Source: Enterobacter phage KKP_3711
Direction: 5' to 3' (one strand)
Sequence record: PP579741.1
Length of the DNA stretch: 64,000 nucleotides
Of the stretch, positions 61,961 to 64,000 are shown one piece after another. Under the pieces are notes generated by a model. It ran no database searches, was not told the DNA's origin, and was given only the letters and a program-made list of their open reading frames with translations. The translations under genes and the position numbers were made by a program. Position 1 is the first letter of the stretch. Every line of letters begins with the position of its first letter.

Positions 61961-64000
61961 TGGCAACAACTACTCGTATAGTAATCCAGCAAGCTGTAAA
62001 CTTAGATAAAAATAATCTTACAGCTGGTAAGTATCCAAGATTCGTTGTGAGTCTTGGTTCTTCCATTACTGGTGTTACTATCAATGATTTAACAAACGCT
62101 ATTCAGGAAACAGCAGATAACGCAGCGGCTGCCGCTGCTTCTGCTACTGCTGCAAAAGCGTCTCAAGATGCTGCAAAAATTTCTGAGAATAATGCTCTAG
62201 CATCTCAGAATGCTGCTAAAGCATCACAAACTGCGGCTAAAACGTCAGAAACAAATGCTAAGACTTCCGAGACTAACGCTAAAAATTCTGAAACTGCTGC
62301 AAAAACTGCTCAAACTGCTGCGGAACTAGCTGAAACAAACGCTGAGACTGCGGAAAGAAATGCTGCTGAAAGTGCTCGTTTAGCTAAAATATCCGAAACT
62401 AATGCTGCAAACTCTGCTTCAGCTGCTGCTATTTCTGCAACTAACTCTTTTAACTCAGCAACACAATCTGCAACTTCAGCTACTAACTCTAAGAACTCTG
62501 CTGATGCTGCTGCTGCATCCGCTACTGCTGCTGCTAATAGTGCAACAAAAGCTGCTACTTCTGAAGATGAAGCTGCTGACCACGTAGTAGATGCTGCTGC
62601 CGAAGCTGATAGAGCTAAAGCAGAAGCTGATCGTGCACAATCCGTTGTTGATGCTGCTCTAGATGCTGAAGATATTGCGGGGTTCTATAAATCTTACAAG
62701 ACTAAAGCTGAGGCTGATGCTGACGTTGCTAACCGTGTTGTTGATGAAGTAGTTCAGGTTTGGAATCAGACAGCTGCACAATATGGCTGGTATAAAGTAA
62801 TTTCAACAAACGGAACTAAATCTTTACAATTGGTTGAAACAGAGAATAAACTTATATCTGTTAATAACATTAAAGCAGACACTAATGGTAACGTACAGGT
62901 AACTATTCCTGGTGGTAATCCATCTCTGTGGCTTGGTGAAGTTACTCTGTTCCCATATAGAAGCACTGATACCGTTGGTTACTCTGGTATCCTTCTAGCG
63001 GATGGTCGTTTACTTAACCGTGCAGATTATCCAGATTTATGGGCTTCTATTTCTGCTGGACTTATTCCTTCAGTTTCAGAAACTGAATGGCAAGCTGGTC
63101 AAAATCAGTTCTACTCTACAGGTAATGGAACAACGACTTTCCGTTTACCTAATATGCTTCAAGGTCAGGCTCTTCGTTCAGCCACAGCTGGTGAAACTGG
63201 CACTGGTGCCATTAAGGCTCAGATCCCTTACATCACTACAGTTAACGGCAAAGCTCCTGCCGATGCTACCGGTGCTATAACATTAGCAATTGGCGATGTA
63301 GTATCTGGTGGTATTATCCCTATAGCTAATGGTGGTACAGGAGCTAATACTGCGGCAAATGCTAGAACTAATCTAGGGGTAGATCGTTTTTCTCAAGGTA
63401 GTACTGTTACTTATATTTACAGTGCAAATAACTCCCATACTGTACAGGTAGCTGACAATGGTTTGTGGGGATGCTACAAACAAGGAACTGGTTGGAATGC
63501 TTTAGGTATAGCCCAAGGCGGTACAGGAGCTCTTAATGCTGCTGATGCTAGAGTTAATCTAATTTTAGATAGACTTGTACAAACTTCAGCTAGTACAAAC
63601 TTAAACTTCCCTACAAAAAATGCTGCATTAGTTCTTAGAGATTCAGATCTTGCTTGGGGTGTTTTTGATAATAGTGCAAATGCTTGGCAAGCTCTAGGCA
63701 TTGGACAGGGCGGTACTGGTGGCAGAACTTCTTTAGAAGCACTAAATAATCTTGGTATTCCTGGTATTGGTAAAAGTTTTGGAGATGATGCTCCACTAAA
63801 TGCTAACTCAATAGCTATTAACGGTATTTTTGCAGGTGCAGGTGTTAATGGAGTTAACTGGGGACAGCAATATTCTCCTTTATTACATATGGTTAGATTT
63901 GCAGGTGGTGCATCAGGCCAGATGCAGATTACTGGAGATGGTTATGTTTGGTTCCGTGGTAGTGCTAATGGTACTTCATGGACTGCTTGGAAATTAGCAC
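61960..64000 (+). CDS. L-shaped tail fibre protein (pb1-like), 5' partial (continues past window)
   Basis: TAATG overlap start; N-terminal Ala/Ser/Thr-rich coiled-coil repeats then GT-rich beta-rich sequence; frame open to window end. Confidence 0.75.
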   Translation, partial: MATTTRIVIQQAVNLDKNNLTAGKYPRFVVSLGSSITGVTINDLTNAIQETADNAAAAAASATAAKASQDAAKISENNALASQNAAKASQTAAKTSETNAKTSETNAKNSETAAKTAQTAAELAETNAETAERNAAESARLAKISETNAANSASAAAISATNSFNSATQSATSATNSKNSADAAAASATAAANSATKAATSEDEAADHVVDAAAEADRAKAEADRAQSVVDAALDAEDIAGFYKSYKTKAEADADVANRVVDEVVQVWNQTAAQYGWYKVISTNGTKSLQLVETENKLISVNNIKADTNGNVQVTIPGGNPSLWLGEVTLFPYRSTDTVGYSGILLADGRLLNRADYPDLWASISAGLIPSVSETEWQAGQNQFYSTGNGTTTFRLPNMLQGQALRSATAGETGTGAIKAQIPYITTVNGKAPADATGAITLAIGDVVSGGIIPIANGGTGANTAANARTNLGVDRFSQGSTVTYIYSANNSHTVQVADNGLWGCYKQGTGWNALGIAQGGTGALNAADARVNLILDRLVQTSASTNLNFPTKNAALVLRDSDLAWGVFDNSANAWQALGIGQGGTGGRTSLEALNNLGIPGIGKSFGDDAPLNANSIAINGIFAGAGVNGVNWGQQYSPLLHMVRFAGGASGQMQITGDGYVWFRGSANGTSWTAWKLA

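Noticed and set aside
1-64000. rRNA genes, integrase/attachment sites, transposases
   Set aside because: No rRNA-like conserved blocks, no tyrosine/serine recombinase ORF and no tRNA-adjacent att-like direct repeats were seen; the phage appears strictly lytic as expected for T5-like viruses.

Overview
This window looks like a T5-like siphophage (Demerecviridae, Tequintavirus-type), inferred from gene content and order. Positions 1-28,500 are an early region on the + strand. It carries at least 23 tRNA genes in five clusters, with small Cys-rich ORFs, a T5orf172-domain protein and lipoproteins between them. About 14 conserved sigma70 early promoters (TTGCTA-N17-TATAAT followed by ttataaattga and an RBS) sit in this region. 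A lysis module is present: spanins, then holin plus an EndoT5-like L-Ala-D-Glu peptidase. Other early genes include a dNMP-kinase-like protein, a ClpP-like protein, a thioredoxin-like protein and two metallophosphoesterases. Positions 28,500-38,400 behave like the collapsed terminal repeat (first-step-transfer, pre-early DNA). It starts with a repeat-dense injection-stop-signal-like segment: a GGATTTGCACAAT 13-mer array, palindromes and DnaA boxes. A minus-strand block of five ORFs follows, including a very acidic 153-aa protein. Then come the + strand pre-early genes A1-like (557 aa), A2-like and dmp-like (HAD 5'-deoxyribonucleotidase), ending in 19-bp tandem repeats at the inner boundary. 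From 39,021 the late structural cluster runs in canonical T5 order: pb5-like receptor-binding protein, small and large terminase, HNH endonuclease, portal, Ig-domain decoration protein, prohead protease, major capsid, connector and terminator proteins, tail tube pb6, p140, chaperones, a 1218-aa tape measure, pb9, pb3, collagen-containing pb4, p132 and the 5' part of the L-shaped fibre pb1. The most unusual observations are: several 125-160-nt tRNA-like elements with perfect acceptor stems but long insertions; the 13-mer recurring at two early genes outside the repeat; a DR/IR-flanked mini cassette; an acidic pre-early DNA-mimic candidate; and an AT-rich 409-aa ORF at the early-region edge.
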